DNA of 61,873 nucleotides, the filler included, from Candidatus Limnocylindrales bacterium (GTDB taxonomy: Bacteria > Moduliflexota > Moduliflexia > Moduliflexales > JAUQPW01), in the NCBI GenBank assembly GCA_035559535.1. It is 4 parts of 3 records of this genome, joined end to end, with 100 filler letters (N's around TTAATTAATTAA, not from the genome) between each part and the next. Parts side by side here need not be neighbours in the genome. Positions count along the whole stretch, not along the records: positions 31,545 to 58,479 come from DATMBG010000018.1; positions 58,580 to 61,873 come from DATMBG010000023.1; 2 more parts are not named here. One strand, 5' to 3'. This document shows positions 51,668 to 61,873 of this stretch, in pieces (within the stretch, counting starts at the first letter, position 1; every line of letters starts with the position of its first letter). The notes beneath the pieces were generated by a model. The model was not told the origin of the DNA. It made no database searches and was given only the letters and a program-made list of their open reading frames with translations. Position numbers and translations under genes: made by a program.

Positions 51668-52765
51668 TCAATCCCCAAAGGAGATACCCAGGGCTCTTGC
51701 TGTCGCCACCACATCGTAATCCAGGGGGACCGATTTCATTTGTCGAATGGCTTCAGAAATGGGAATGGCATTAACACGTGGAGGGTTAAGGGCGACCATG
51801 ACATTGACTTTACCTTCCAACAGACAGCGAATTGCTGCAGCTCCGAAGCGAAGACCTAATAACCGATCGAAGGCGGTTGGACTTCCCCCTCTTTGCAGAT
51901 GACCCAGCACCAGAGAGCGGGTTTCTTTTCCGGTTCTCTTACTAACTTCCTGAGCCACATATTCGGCAATACCCCCCAGTATCACACCATGGCCCTCTTC
52001 CCTGGGACCTTTTGTTCGTACTTTGCCTCCACGGGGATAGGCTCCCTCTGCACAGACAATGATTGTAAAATGCCGACCCTTTGCTTCCCGCTCATAAACT
52101 TTCTGGCAGACCTTTTCCAGGTCAAAGGGAATTTCCGGAATCAAAATAACATCTGCAGAACCGGAAACTCCCGAATGTAAAGCAATCCAGCCGACATATC
52201 GCCCCATAACTTCTACCACCATCACCCGCTCATGGGCTTCAGCGGTGGAATGTAATTTATCAATGGCTTCGGTTGCCGTGGTCACAGCCGTATCAAATCC
52301 AAAGGTCGCCATGGTTCCACTTAGATCATTGTCGATGGTTTTAGGTACTCCAATAATCGGAATTCCTTTTTCGATAAACTTTTGAGCCAGGCGCAGGGAA
52401 CCATCCCCCCCAATACAGATGAGTACATCGAGTCCATATTTATGGAAATTCTCCACCACCTGATCAGAAATATCCATACGCTTAATCCCTTCGGCTGTTT
52501 TGACCGGATAATCAAAGGGACTGTTTTTGTTTGCAGTGCCGAGAATCGTCCCACCCAAATGGGTAATCCCTCGAACCTTCTCAGGGGTTAAGCGGATCAG
52601 TTGATGGGGTTCAATGAGACCTCGATAACCGTGGGGTATTCCGTAAACTTCCCAGCCCTGTCCAATAGCTGCCAGAGTAGCGGCTCGAATGACTGCGTTC
52701 AGACCGGGAGCATCACCTCCTCCGGTATTAATGGCAATTCTCTTAATTTTTGAAGGGTCCAGCAT
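51668..52765 (-). CDS. pfkA: 6-phosphofructokinase (PfkA family)
   Basis: TGGGDAPGLNA, GGTILG, GGDGS, PKTIDND, EVMGR, LGHLQRGG. Confidence 0.93.
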   Translation of the reverse strand: MLDPSKIKRIAINTGGGDAPGLNAVIRAATLAAIGQGWEVYGIPHGYRGLIEPHQLIRLTPEKVRGITHLGGTILGTANKNSPFDYPVKTAEGIKRMDISDQVVENFHKYGLDVLICIGGDGSLRLAQKFIEKGIPIIGVPKTIDNDLSGTMATFGFDTAVTTATEAIDKLHSTAEAHERVMVVEVMGRYVGWIALHSGVSGSADVILIPEIPFDLEKVCQKVYEREAKGRHFTIIVCAEGAYPRGGKVRTKGPREEGHGVILGGIAEYVAQEVSKRTGKETRSLVLGHLQRGGSPTAFDRLLGLRFGAAAIRCLLEGKVNVMVALNPPRVNAIPISEAIRQMKSVPLDYDVVATARALGISFGD

Positions 52766-53255
52766 ATCTGCCTCCCATATTTCTAGAGTTTAAGAGATTT
52801 AATCCTCGCTTTGAGACTGTCCTTATTAATTAAAAAGGGTATTCCAGGTTCTAAAAAAATGGACTAAAAACCCACTCCCCTTTGAAAGGGAATAATTTCA
52901 AGATCCATCTAGAAAAGGTATAACTGGAACTAAACTCCTTTAACCCCACCAGAATTATTTTTTTTCCTTCCACTTTTAACTTCAAGTAAAATCTTTGATC
53001 TGCAACTACCTCTTCGTTATAAAACTGTTGCCCCATAAGATAGGGGCAACTTCCAAAGTTTCTACAATGTTTCAAGGGGAAAAGGATCTCAGAGAGTTCG
53101 TCTAAATTTTAGACAGTGAAGGAAGAAAATTGCCTATCTCTCTGTCAATTAACTCCCCCCTGTGATTCCCTTCTATAAGAGCGATATCCTTGGATCCCTT
53201 TATTTTTTAATAACTAATGGTATAAGCAAAAATAAAATGAATCGGTCTCTTTTTA

Positions 53256-53271
53256 TGGCATGAAGGATGCA
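53256..53271 (+). promoter_or_regulatory. sigma54 (-24/-12) promoter
   Basis: TGGCATGAAGGATGCA (GG-N10-GC). Confidence 0.6.
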
Positions 53272-53391
53272 TTGATGCCGGGAATAAAAAGTGACCCAGG
53301 AAGGGCGGATTAACTTTTTATTTTTCGACGCGGGCCCTTCCTGATAGGCTACAGCACCTCCTTGATTCCCTCCTAGAGTAGCCTATAGGTT

Positions 53392-53444
53392 GGTAGGTGA
53401 GACGTCTTCCTAAGTGAGTTAAGATACTCACCTACCTGTTTTTT
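53392..53444 (+). terminator. Intrinsic terminator-like hairpin
   Basis: GGTAGGTGAG/CTCACCTACC 10-bp stem followed by TGTTTTTT. Confidence 0.55.
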
Positions 53445-53461
53445 ACAAAGGAGTAAGCCGT

Positions 53462-53665
53462 ATGATCAAAGCTCAAGGGACTCCACGGGAAAAGCTTATT
53501 AAGTTTTTAGCATTTTATAGCAAAATTCTGAAAAATCCAACTGGTTACTCGTATAAAGAAATTGAGAAAATATGGAGGGAAATTGAAGAAGCTCGGGGTG
53601 AGGAATTAGATGCGGTATGGATAGATTATTTTAAGACCCGGAACCCAACAGGAAAGAAGCCCTGA
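53462..53665 (+). CDS. Hypothetical small protein (67 aa)
   Basis: AAGGAG RBS 8 nt upstream of the ATG; no motif recognised. Confidence 0.6.
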   Translation: MIKAQGTPREKLIKFLAFYSKILKNPTGYSYKEIEKIWREIEEARGEELDAVWIDYFKTRNPTGKKP

Positions 53666-53778
53666 GTTACTTCTTTATTTATCCCTTAACTTTTTTAATC
53701 CCTTGACTTTGGCCGGCTAAGAGGAGGGGTCCTTTGTCCACGATTTACCTTCATAGAGGTTGGACAAAGGACAAAAAA

Positions 53779-54123
<345 letters not shown>

Positions 54124-54255
54124 TTATCTCAACCCATCACAAAGGGCACAAATAAGATCCCTAGAACCCCCTCGTAGAGGGAGACCTGGAGCAAAGCGAG
54201 AATCTCCGGGTCTCCTTTCCGTATCTTCTCTGTACCTTTGCGATGAGAGGAGATT

Positions 54256-54283
54256 GAAGGGGCACGGCGCGCCGTGCCCTTAC
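54256..54283 (-). repeat. REP-like palindrome directly after the amtB stop
   Basis: Minus strand reads GTAAGGGCACGGC-GC-GCCGTGCCCCTTC. Confidence 0.65.
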
Positions 54284-54285
54284 TT

Positions 54286-55890
54286 TTACATCTCGGCCTG
54301 GACTAATTTTTTATTAACGTGGGGGGGGAAATCAGCCACCAGTCTTTTCTTTTCCTCTTCTGTTGGGATAGGGGGTTGGTAATCGGTATACCCTTGAACG
54401 CCCATTTCTGGAACATCCAATCCCTGGATTTCAACTTCTACAGGAACCCGCATCCCCATCACAGTATCCAGAACTTTGAAGAAGGCATAAGCCAAAGAGA
54501 AGACCACGATAAAATTGGTTAAAGTTCCTATGATTTGGGCTATGAACTGGCTGGCATCTCCGTAAAAAAGACCTTTTACAGTCCCGGGAATTCCATTCCA
54601 TCCCTCTCCATAGGTTCCATCGGCAAATAAACCCAAACTTAGAACACCCCAAGCCCCGCAGGTTCCATGGACAGAAACTGCTCCAACCGGATCATCCACT
54701 TTAAGGGTTTTCTCTATAAAGAACACGCTCCACACCACCAGAACTCCGGCAACCAATCCAATAAAGACCGAAGCGATACTATTGACAAAGGCGCAGGGGG
54801 CTGTAATCGCAACCAACCCGGCCAACATGCCATTGGCCATCATGCTGGGATCGGGTTTACCATAGACCCACCACATATAAAGAGTGGCTGAAAACGCCCC
54901 GGCTGCCGACGCCAACATAGTATTCGTCGCAATGACCCCAATTCGGAGATCTGTACCGGCCAAGGTACTTCCAGGGTTGAATCCAAACCAACCGAAAGCC
55001 AGGATGAAGGTTCCGATGATTGCCATAGGGATATTATGGCCCGGAATAGGGTTAGGAGTTCCATCCTTTTTATATTTTCCCAGGCGAGGTCCTAAGATCA
55101 TAGCTCCTGCCAAAGCTGTTACCCCGCCCACCATGTGAACCACAGAAGATCCGGCAAAATCCACATGTCCATGACCCAGTCCAAAGTTAACCCCTAACTG
55201 TGAGAGCCAGCCTCCACCCCAGACCCAATTTCCAAATAAAGGATAGATGACCATGGAAATGAAAAATCCATAAATCACAAAAGGGGCAAATTTCCACCGT
55301 TCTGCCATAGCCCCCGTAGGAATGGTAGCAGCGGTATCCATGAAAACCATCTGAAATAAGAACAGGGTAAAGATACCTACATCATAGGCATCTCCAGAAA
55401 GAAAGAATCCTTTGAGCCCGAAAAGCCCAAAGGGTTTGCCAAACAGGTTGATCGTCACCTCATGGTCCAGGGCCGAGGCTCCTCCCAGGGTCGCCAGAGG
55501 TCCCAGTCCTCCGAACATGAAGGCAAATCCGGCAATCCAGTAACCTAGCATGCCTATGGCATAGATGAGAAAATTCATGGCCATGGTATGGGCAACATTT
55601 TTCTCCCGGGTAAATCCTGTTTCAACCATGGCAAATCCGGCCTGCATGAACATAACCAGAAAACCGGTAATCAGGGTCCACACGATATTAATAGCTATTT
55701 TGTTATGTCCCACAACGGCTCCAATTTCCTCTAGAGTGGGTTTCCCGGGTTCTTTGGCCGGAATATCTTGAATGGTTCCCGTAGCGGTCCCGGCCGGGTC
55801 CCCAGCCCAACCTAAAATAGGAAAGACCAGAACCCCCAGGAGTAATAAAAAACTCAGGTAGATGACCTTTCTCTTTCTAGATTCTTTCAT
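54286..55890 (-). CDS. amtB: Ammonium transporter
   Basis: FMQAGFA..E.G, GAMAER, DFAGSSVVH, FGWFGFN.GS, DDPVGAVSVHG. Confidence 0.97.
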   Translation of the reverse strand: MKESRKRKVIYLSFLLLLGVLVFPILGWAGDPAGTATGTIQDIPAKEPGKPTLEEIGAVVGHNKIAINIVWTLITGFLVMFMQAGFAMVETGFTREKNVAHTMAMNFLIYAIGMLGYWIAGFAFMFGGLGPLATLGGASALDHEVTINLFGKPFGLFGLKGFFLSGDAYDVGIFTLFLFQMVFMDTAATIPTGAMAERWKFAPFVIYGFFISMVIYPLFGNWVWGGGWLSQLGVNFGLGHGHVDFAGSSVVHMVGGVTALAGAMILGPRLGKYKKDGTPNPIPGHNIPMAIIGTFILAFGWFGFNPGSTLAGTDLRIGVIATNTMLASAAGAFSATLYMWWVYGKPDPSMMANGMLAGLVAITAPCAFVNSIASVFIGLVAGVLVVWSVFFIEKTLKVDDPVGAVSVHGTCGAWGVLSLGLFADGTYGEGWNGIPGTVKGLFYGDASQFIAQIIGTLTNFIVVFSLAYAFFKVLDTVMGMRVPVEVEIQGLDVPEMGVQGYTDYQPPIPTEEEKKRLVADFPPHVNKKLVQAEM

Positions 55891-56354
55891 AATTCTTCTT
55901 CATGATTATTTTCTGCTCATGGCTTCTGAATACCTTTTCTGATGAAAAATGAGGCAAAGCTATCATTTGATGAGTAATAGAAGCCGAAACCCACAACAAA
56001 ACCACAGGAACGAATCGTCACCCGCAATGACATCCCTGACAGATTATTCTCAATTCGAAAAGGTATTATCAGGTCTGCCAGCCATCAGCATGGGATAATC
56101 TATGATAATACTTTGACCCGTTACTTAATCTCCCACCGAGTAAACAAGAAATACATTCTTCAGTTATTACATGTTATGTACCAATTCAAAGATTTATCCG
56201 ACCAGACAAATAACCTTAAATTTTACAATTACTTCCATAGGTTCCAGGGATTTTAGGAGGGGAGTAAATGATAAGGAATCTGGTTAGAATCTATGCAAAC
56301 CTAAAAATAGATGATAAAAATTTAACCAACTTCAGAAGGGAAATAAGAGGAAGT

Positions 56355-56516
56355 TATTGCTTTGTTAAGTTAATCCTGTATAATGGTCTGCCCTCACCCC
56401 CATCCCCTTTTCTCTTCCCCGCCCCCACCCCTTCCCTCCCCGTCCACGGGGAGGGAGAAGAGGGAGGGGGCCAGGGGTGAAGGAGAATCCCACAGGATCA
56501 ACTTTACAAAGTACTA
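56355..56516. mobile_element. MITE-like element, copy 2 (162 bp)
   Basis: 25-bp TIRs matching at 21/25 (TATTGCTTTGTTAAGTTAATCCTGT / ACAGGATCAACTTTACAAAGTACTA), TA ends, GC-rich internal palindrome. Confidence 0.7.
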
Positions 56517-57314
56517 AATCATTACCGTACCTCCGTCAACATGGAGGGCCTGCCCGGTGATATTCCTGGCTTCTTCTGAGGCTAGAAAGACGGCTGCATA
56601 GCCGATATCTTCCGGGGTTTGTTCCCGTTGAAGAGGGACCAGGGCTTTGACCCGACTTTCAAAGATTTCCCTGGCACTCATTCCTGCCAGGGACGGATTC
56701 ATTTTACCGATAATCGGGGCCAGTCTCTCCCAGAAGGAAGTATAAAGGAATCCCGGACAAATGGCATTTACATTGATATTGTACTTGGCCAGATCCTTCG
56801 CCATAATCTGAGTAAACGTCACAACGCCGGCTTTAGCCACACTGTAAGGAGGATTTGTTTGACTGGCAAATCGACCTGCAACTGAAGAAAGATTGATGAT
56901 TTTTCCATATTGGCGTTCGATCATATGCGGAACTATGGCCTTACAAACCAGAAAAACTGATTTTACATTCACGGCAAAAGCCACATCCCAATCCTCTTCC
57001 TCATTATTGAGAAAAGGCATACCGAGCCGATCTCCCATCATTCCGGCATTGTTAACCAAAATATCGATACGGCCGAAGGTATCCAGCGTTTTTTTGACCA
57101 TATCTTCCACCTCTTGCTTCTTGGTCACATCTACTTTCAAGGCCAAAGATTTCCGTCCAAGGCTTTGAACTTCTCCGGCCACTTTGCTGGCACTATCTAG
57201 ATTTAAATCCGGTATGACCACATCTGCTCCTTCCCGGGCCATGCACAAGACAATCCCTCTTCCAATACCCATCCCTCCACCTGTAACGAGCGCAACTTTG
57301 TTCTCTAATCTCAT
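56514..57314 (-). CDS. Short-chain dehydrogenase/reductase
   Basis: TGGGMGIG, NNAG, YSVAK (YxxxK), VDGG. Confidence 0.95.
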   Translation of the reverse strand: MRLENKVALVTGGGMGIGRGIVLCMAREGADVVIPDLNLDSASKVAGEVQSLGRKSLALKVDVTKKQEVEDMVKKTLDTFGRIDILVNNAGMMGDRLGMPFLNNEEEDWDVAFAVNVKSVFLVCKAIVPHMIERQYGKIINLSSVAGRFASQTNPPYSVAKAGVVTFTQIMAKDLAKYNINVNAICPGFLYTSFWERLAPIIGKMNPSLAGMSAREIFESRVKALVPLQREQTPEDIGYAAVFLASEEARNITGQALHVDGGTVMI

Positions 57315-57535
57315 GGTTGATAAACAAGTCAGTCACACTGAGTTTGACAGAAGAAACAAACGACCTGAGGATATTGGAAATTCTATCCCCACGGAACTGC
57401 CGTTATAATTTCTGTTAAACCCATTGCGATTAAAATCATCTTGAATAACTTTTGAAAAAAACTATAATAAGCTTATTCTCATCTGTTTTGTTAACACGAC
57501 TTCCTAAACCCTGTCAAGTAAAAGGAGGATAGGAT

Positions 57536-58000
57536 ATGCCTATTAAAAATATTTCTCCCAGGGAAGCCAAAGAACTCCTGGACTCTGGAGAGGGATACAT
57601 CTATTTAGATGTTCGATCGGTTCCGGAATTTATTTCAGGACATCCCCAAGGTGCCGTAAACATCCCTCTGCTGGATATAGATCCTGTCCTACGACAAATG
57701 GTACCAAATCCAGATTTTCTGGCCGTCGTAGAGGCTAATTTCCCGAAAGATACCAAATTGATCGTAGGATGTCAATCCGGGATGCGGTCTGCCAGGGCAG
57801 TAGAAATTTTACAACAGGCCGGGTATACGCACATCGTCCACATGCAGGCCGGATTTGGAGGAATGAGAGATCCCTTCGGACGTGTCAGCCAACCCGGCTG
57901 GTCCCAATTACAACTTCCCATCAGTACAGACAATGGGGAGGGGGTCAGCTACGAATCTTTAGCGGCAAAGGCACAGGAAAAGAATAAAAAGACTAAATAA
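57536..58000 (+). CDS. Rhodanese-like domain protein
   Basis: LDVRS..EF..GH..GAVNIP, CQSGMRS active-site loop. Confidence 0.93.
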   Translation: MPIKNISPREAKELLDSGEGYIYLDVRSVPEFISGHPQGAVNIPLLDIDPVLRQMVPNPDFLAVVEANFPKDTKLIVGCQSGMRSARAVEILQQAGYTHIVHMQAGFGGMRDPFGRVSQPGWSQLQLPISTDNGEGVSYESLAAKAQEKNKKTK

Positions 58001-58007
58001 AATAAGA

Positions 58008-58060
58008 TGCGTAATACGTCCTGCACGCCGGGTGCCTGACGTATTACGCACGACTTTTTT
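58008..58060 (+). terminator. Terminator-like hairpin between convergent genes
   Basis: 13-bp perfect stem TGCGTAATACGTC/GACGTATTACGCA, then a T6 run. Confidence 0.6.
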
Positions 58061-58143
58061 GCTTGTATGGGAAGGGAGGTAGAGAAGAAAAGGATTTCCG
58101 TCCTCCTGAGGGCAGGTTAAAACTTCTTATCTCTACCTTGATT

Positions 58144-58479
58144 TTATTCTGTACTGCCTGTAGTTCCAAGTTTTGGTTTGATGGCTTCTGCCGGTTTAGC
58201 GGCAAAGGCAGAGCTCATACTGGCCGAGACCGATTCTCCATACCCTGCCAAACCAAAGGCATAGGCACTCTCGTTGTGTTGACTTAAATCCAACCCCATC
58301 TCCTCTTCCTCCTCACTGACCCTTAACCCCACAATCCTATCCACAACCTTCAGCAATATCAAAGACCCAAAAAACGCCAACACCCACGAAGCTAATACCC
58401 CTATTGCCTGCACCTTGAGCTGATTGGGATTACCAAAGAAAAGTCCATCACTCCCTGCTCCATTGATCGCCTTCGATGC
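58144..58479 (-). CDS. Second ammonium transporter, C-terminal fragment
   Basis: GLFFGNPNQL..Q, GLRVSEEEEEMGLDLSQHNESAY; open to the gap. Confidence 0.9.
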   Translation of the reverse strand, partial: ASKAINGAGSDGLFFGNPNQLKVQAIGVLASWVLAFFGSLILLKVVDRIVGLRVSEEEEEMGLDLSQHNESAYAFGLAGYGESVSASMSSAFAAKPAEAIKPKLGTTGSTE

Positions 58480-58579
58480 NNNNNNNNNNNNNNNNNNNNN
58501 NNNNNNNNNNNNNNNNNNNNNNNTTAATTAATTAANNNNNNNNNNNNNNNNNNNNNNNNNNNNNNNNNNNNNNNNNNNN
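58480..58579. other. Artificial contig linker
   Basis: N-run/TTAATTAATTAA/N-run. Confidence 0.97.
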
Positions 58580-58580
58580 G

Positions 58581-59636
58581 GCGAATTTAAAAACCGCCAA
58601 AGCCAATGTGGAAAAGGCCCAGGTAGCCGTTAAAGACGCTGCCCAAAACTTACAGCGTCGTCTGGAGCTTTTCAAAGCAGCTTTAATTTCAGCCAGTGAT
58701 CGGGATACGGCCCAAACTGCTTACGATTCAGCGGTTGCACAATTGAAAGCGGCTCAGGCGCAGGAAGATTCTGCGGAAGCCCAACTTAAGTCTACTCAGG
58801 CCCAATACCGATCGGCTCTTGCAAAGCGAGATGCAGCAGTGGCTGCCATCAAACAGGCTGAAGCTGCCCTTGAACAGGCTAAGGTCAACCTGGAACATAC
58901 CACCATTCGTTCTCCTATAGATGGAATCGTCATTTCCAGGAGTGTCGATGTGGGTCAGACTGTGGCCGCCAGCCTGCAGGCCCCCACTTTATTTACCATT
59001 GCCCAAGATCTGACCAGAATGCAGGTAAATGCCAGTATAGATGAAACCGATATTGGGAAAGTTCGAGTAGGCCAGGAAGTTATTTTTACCGTCAGTGCTT
59101 ATCCTGGAGAGAGTTTCAGTGGGAAAGTGACCCAGATTCGAAATCAGCCCATTACCACCCAGAATGTGGTGACCTATGATACAATTATTGAGGTGGACAA
59201 TCCAGAATTAAAGTTGAAGCCTGGGATGACGGCTACGGTAAGTATTATTACGGCCAAACGGGAGGGTGTGAAGAGAGTTTTAAATGCCGCTCTCAATTTT
59301 AAACCTGATTTTCTACAAGCCGGGAAAAACCCCATCAAGTCTTCCTCCCAGGAAGGAAATTCCGATGGATCCGGTACGGCCTATGGGTCGGAAAAAAGAG
59401 ATAAAAACTCCGGATCCTCCAAATCATCTCCACGGGGTACCCGTAGAGTCTGGGTATTAAGTGAGTCGGGCCCCCGCCCGGTTAGTGTGGAAGTCGGTCT
59501 CACCGATGGAACTTATACAGAAATTAAAGGGGATTCCCTTCAGGAAGGTCAGGAAGTTATCATAGGCACCGAAGGACTTAAAACGGCGAGTCCGCAGCAG
59601 AGCGGAAGACCGCCTGGCTTTGGACGACCTTTCTAA
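58581..59636 (+). CDS. MacA-like periplasmic adaptor subunit, 5'-truncated
   Basis: Coiled coil, IRSPIDG.V..R.VDVGQTVAASLQAPTLF, LKPGMTA. Confidence 0.92.
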   Translation, partial: ANLKTAKANVEKAQVAVKDAAQNLQRRLELFKAALISASDRDTAQTAYDSAVAQLKAAQAQEDSAEAQLKSTQAQYRSALAKRDAAVAAIKQAEAALEQAKVNLEHTTIRSPIDGIVISRSVDVGQTVAASLQAPTLFTIAQDLTRMQVNASIDETDIGKVRVGQEVIFTVSAYPGESFSGKVTQIRNQPITTQNVVTYDTIIEVDNPELKLKPGMTATVSIITAKREGVKRVLNAALNFKPDFLQAGKNPIKSSSQEGNSDGSGTAYGSEKRDKNSGSSKSSPRGTRRVWVLSESGPRPVSVEVGLTDGTYTEIKGDSLQEGQEVIIGTEGLKTASPQQSGRPPGFGRPF

Positions 59637-59730
59637 AAGAGTCATCCCTCTATCAGCTATCCATTCTCTTTCAGGAACCCCCGGATTGAGAAGGATGGCT
59701 GATAAAGGACGATGATAGATAGATAACCCT

Positions 59731-60510
59731 TTGCTAGATAGCCCTTTGATTCAAATCGAGCGTCTTTCTAAGATTTATTCCATGGGGGATATTCGAGTTC
59801 TGGCCCTTAGGGAAGTCTCTTTGTCCATACAAAGGGGGGAGTTTGTATCCATTATGGGACCTTCCGGCTCGGGGAAAAGCACCTTTATGAATATTCTGGG
59901 ATGCCTGGATAAACCCACCAGTGGAACTTATCTCTTAGATGGAATCGAAGTAACCCGCCTCAATAAAAAAGAACTGGCCCAATTGCGAAATAAAAAACTG
60001 GGATTTGTGTTTCAAAACTTCAACCTTCTTCCCAGAACCTCGGCCCTTGAAAATGTAGAGCTTCCTTTATTGTATAGCCAGGTTCCTTCCAGGGAACGAA
60101 AAGCCCGGGCCCTGGAGGTTTTAAGAAAAGTAGGTCTGGAAGGGCGGGAGTTTCATTATCCAAACCAGCTTTCTGGAGGTCAACAACAAAGGGTTGCCAT
60201 TGCCCGGGCTTTGATCAATAAGCCCTCTATTCTCTTGGCCGATGAACCTACAGGTAACCTGGATAGCCTCATGAGTGTAGAAATCATGCGGGTTTTCCAG
60301 CAACTCAATGAAGAGGGAATGACTCTGGTTTTGGTAACCCATGAACCGGATATCGCGGCCTATACCAAAAGGATTGTGACCTTTCGGGATGGAAAAATTG
60401 TCCAGGACAGATGGGTTGAGAAACCTCTCCGGGCAGAGGAAGAACTCAAACTGCTCCTGGAACAGAAACAGGTAGAAAATTATGCTGTCAATTTTTCGAA
60501 TAGCCTTTAA
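59731..60510 (+). CDS. MacB/LolD-type ABC ATPase
   Basis: GPSGSGKST, LSGGQQQRVAIARAL, LADEPTGNLD, VTHE. Confidence 0.95.
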   Translation: MLDSPLIQIERLSKIYSMGDIRVLALREVSLSIQRGEFVSIMGPSGSGKSTFMNILGCLDKPTSGTYLLDGIEVTRLNKKELAQLRNKKLGFVFQNFNLLPRTSALENVELPLLYSQVPSRERKARALEVLRKVGLEGREFHYPNQLSGGQQQRVAIARALINKPSILLADEPTGNLDSLMSVEIMRVFQQLNEEGMTLVLVTHEPDIAAYTKRIVTFRDGKIVQDRWVEKPLRAEEELKLLLEQKQVENYAVNFSNSL

Positions 60511-61690
60511 GGCTTTGAATCGTAATAAAATGCGTTCAGCCCTAACCATGCTTGGGGTCATCATTGGCGTAGGAGCCGTCATTGCCATGATCGGTATCGC
60601 TCAGGGGGCTAAAGCTTCTACGGAGGAGGCTATCAAGAAACTGGGGACTAACTCCCTGATTGTATTTCCCGGGAGTGTAACTCGGGGGGGCGTTCGAACC
60701 GGTTTTGGAAGTACCATAACCCTCACGGCCGATGATGCCAAAGCCATCGAGAAAGAATGTCCGGCCGTTGCTCTGGTATCCCCGGGGACCCGGACAACCG
60801 CTCAGGTGGTTTATAATAACCAGAACTGGTTTACTGCCATCAATGGGGTTGGTCCGGCTTATCAGGAGATCCGTGCCTGGCCCTTAGAATCCGGACGATT
60901 CATCACGTCTCAAGATGTAGACGCCATGACCAAGGTCGCAGTGGTGGGCAAAACAGTCGTAGAAAACTTGTTTAATGGAGATGACCCTATCGGTCAAACC
61001 ATCCGGATTAAGAAGGTTCCCTTTACAGTGATAGGAGTTCTAAGTTCCAAAGGGCAGGTCATGGGACAGGATCAGGATGATGTGATTCTGATCCCTTATA
61101 CTACCGCACAGAGTCGGATCATGGGAATTACCTATGTTAACAATATTTCCGTTTCTGCAATCAGCGAGCAGGCCTCTTCGGAGGCTCAGGCCCAGATTAC
61201 CGAACTTTTACGCAAGCGCCACCGTTTGCAACCTGGCCAAGAGAATGATTTTTCCATCCGAAGTCAATTGGAAACAGCCGCTGCTGCCGAGGAATCCAGT
61301 CGAGTCATGACGATGTTATTGGGTAGTGTGGCTTCGGTATCCCTCATCGTAGGAGGGATCGGAATCATGAATATTATGTTGGTCTCTGTGACGGAGCGAA
61401 CCCGTGAGATAGGAATCCGGATGGCTGTAGGGGCCCAGGAAAAGGATATTCTGCTTCAGTTTTTGATTGAAGCCTTTGTACTTAGCTTGATTGGAGGCAT
61501 TATCGGTATCGGTGCAGGGATTTTATCTGCCAGATTAATTTCCTATCTGGCCGGCTGGCCTACCCTGATTTCTCCCTCCTCTATTGTCATTTCCTTTGTA
61601 TTTGCTGGGCTGGTAGGGGTCTTTTTCGGGCTATATCCAGCTAAAAAAGCCTCCCGCTTAGATCCCATAGAAGCCTTACGCTATGAGTAA
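60482..61690 (+). CDS. MacB-type ABC permease
   Basis: RS.LTMLG.IIGV, GGIGIMNIMLVSVTERTREIGIR.AVGA, LDPIEALRYE. Confidence 0.95.
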   Translation: MLSIFRIAFKALNRNKMRSALTMLGVIIGVGAVIAMIGIAQGAKASTEEAIKKLGTNSLIVFPGSVTRGGVRTGFGSTITLTADDAKAIEKECPAVALVSPGTRTTAQVVYNNQNWFTAINGVGPAYQEIRAWPLESGRFITSQDVDAMTKVAVVGKTVVENLFNGDDPIGQTIRIKKVPFTVIGVLSSKGQVMGQDQDDVILIPYTTAQSRIMGITYVNNISVSAISEQASSEAQAQITELLRKRHRLQPGQENDFSIRSQLETAAAAEESSRVMTMLLGSVASVSLIVGGIGIMNIMLVSVTERTREIGIRMAVGAQEKDILLQFLIEAFVLSLIGGIIGIGAGILSARLISYLAGWPTLISPSSIVISFVFAGLVGVFFGLYPAKKASRLDPIEALRYE

Positions 61691-61772
61691 AGAAATCCCC
61701 CTTCCTGTCTACTCAGCTTTTAGGGGGGAATTAACCTACTGATCTTTGCATAAATTGCTAATAATCTCTAGC

Positions 61773-61873
61773 TATAAGTTAGACAGGGAAGTAAAATAAA
61801 TTTTATGAAACTGACCCTGTCAAACCAAACTAAGGATTGGCGCGAAGGCCGCCGTCTTCGCGCCTTGGAACTC
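61773..61873 (+). mobile_element. 5' end of an IS630-like element; transposase starts at 61805 and is cut by the window end
   Basis: MKLTLSNQTKDWREGRRLRALEL resembles IS630 winged-HTH N-termini; the left end at a TA is approximate. Confidence 0.65.

Noticed and set aside
56168-56183. sigma54 promoter for amtB (TGGTACATAACATGTA, minus strand)
   Set aside because: The -12 element is GT rather than GC; plausible but not supportable
56268-56480. 70-aa ORF
   Set aside because: Mostly a translation of the MITE-like element (Pro/Gly-rich)

Overview
Bacterial sequence of roughly mid-40s %GC (estimated by eye), probably a draft or metagenome assembly. It consists of four segments joined by three artificial 100-nt linkers (N-run/TTAATTAATTAA/N-run at 23677-23776, 31445-31544, 58480-58579), so gene adjacency across these is not real. 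Segment 1 runs from an IS remnant through an SGNH hydrolase, a rhomboid protease, rsmG-parA-parB-bactofilin with parS sites, an ATP-grasp/ATP-grasp/GNAT/KamA operon, argJ-carA-carB, a REP-disrupted methyltransferase pseudogene, an enolase-superfamily enzyme, a cupin and yjbQ to a giant membrane protein. Segment 2 holds gyrB(partial)-gyrA-tatC, rpmE, rho, four tRNAs and the start of tuf. Segment 3 holds GT2 plus two PA14-YfhO-like glycosyltransferases, a HerA-like ATPase, Uma2, a serine hydrolase, a nicotinamidase-like gene, USP, TIGR01777, lhgO, a beta-propeller, AI-2E, pfk, PII-amtB, SDR, rhodanese and a second, partial amt. Segment 4 holds a MacAB-type efflux system and the start of an IS630-like transposase. 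The best leads are: (i) the beta-lysine/ATP-grasp operon, preceded by a small ORF with a duplicated EDKPPS motif; (ii) a pseudoknot-capable leader plus NrtR-like box upstream of the nicotinamidase-like gene; (iii) a sigma54-type promoter followed by a candidate sRNA with an anti-SD loop; (iv) several families of short palindromic or periodic elements, some inserted in frame inside proteins. All calls come from reading motifs by eye; no searches or folding programs were run.
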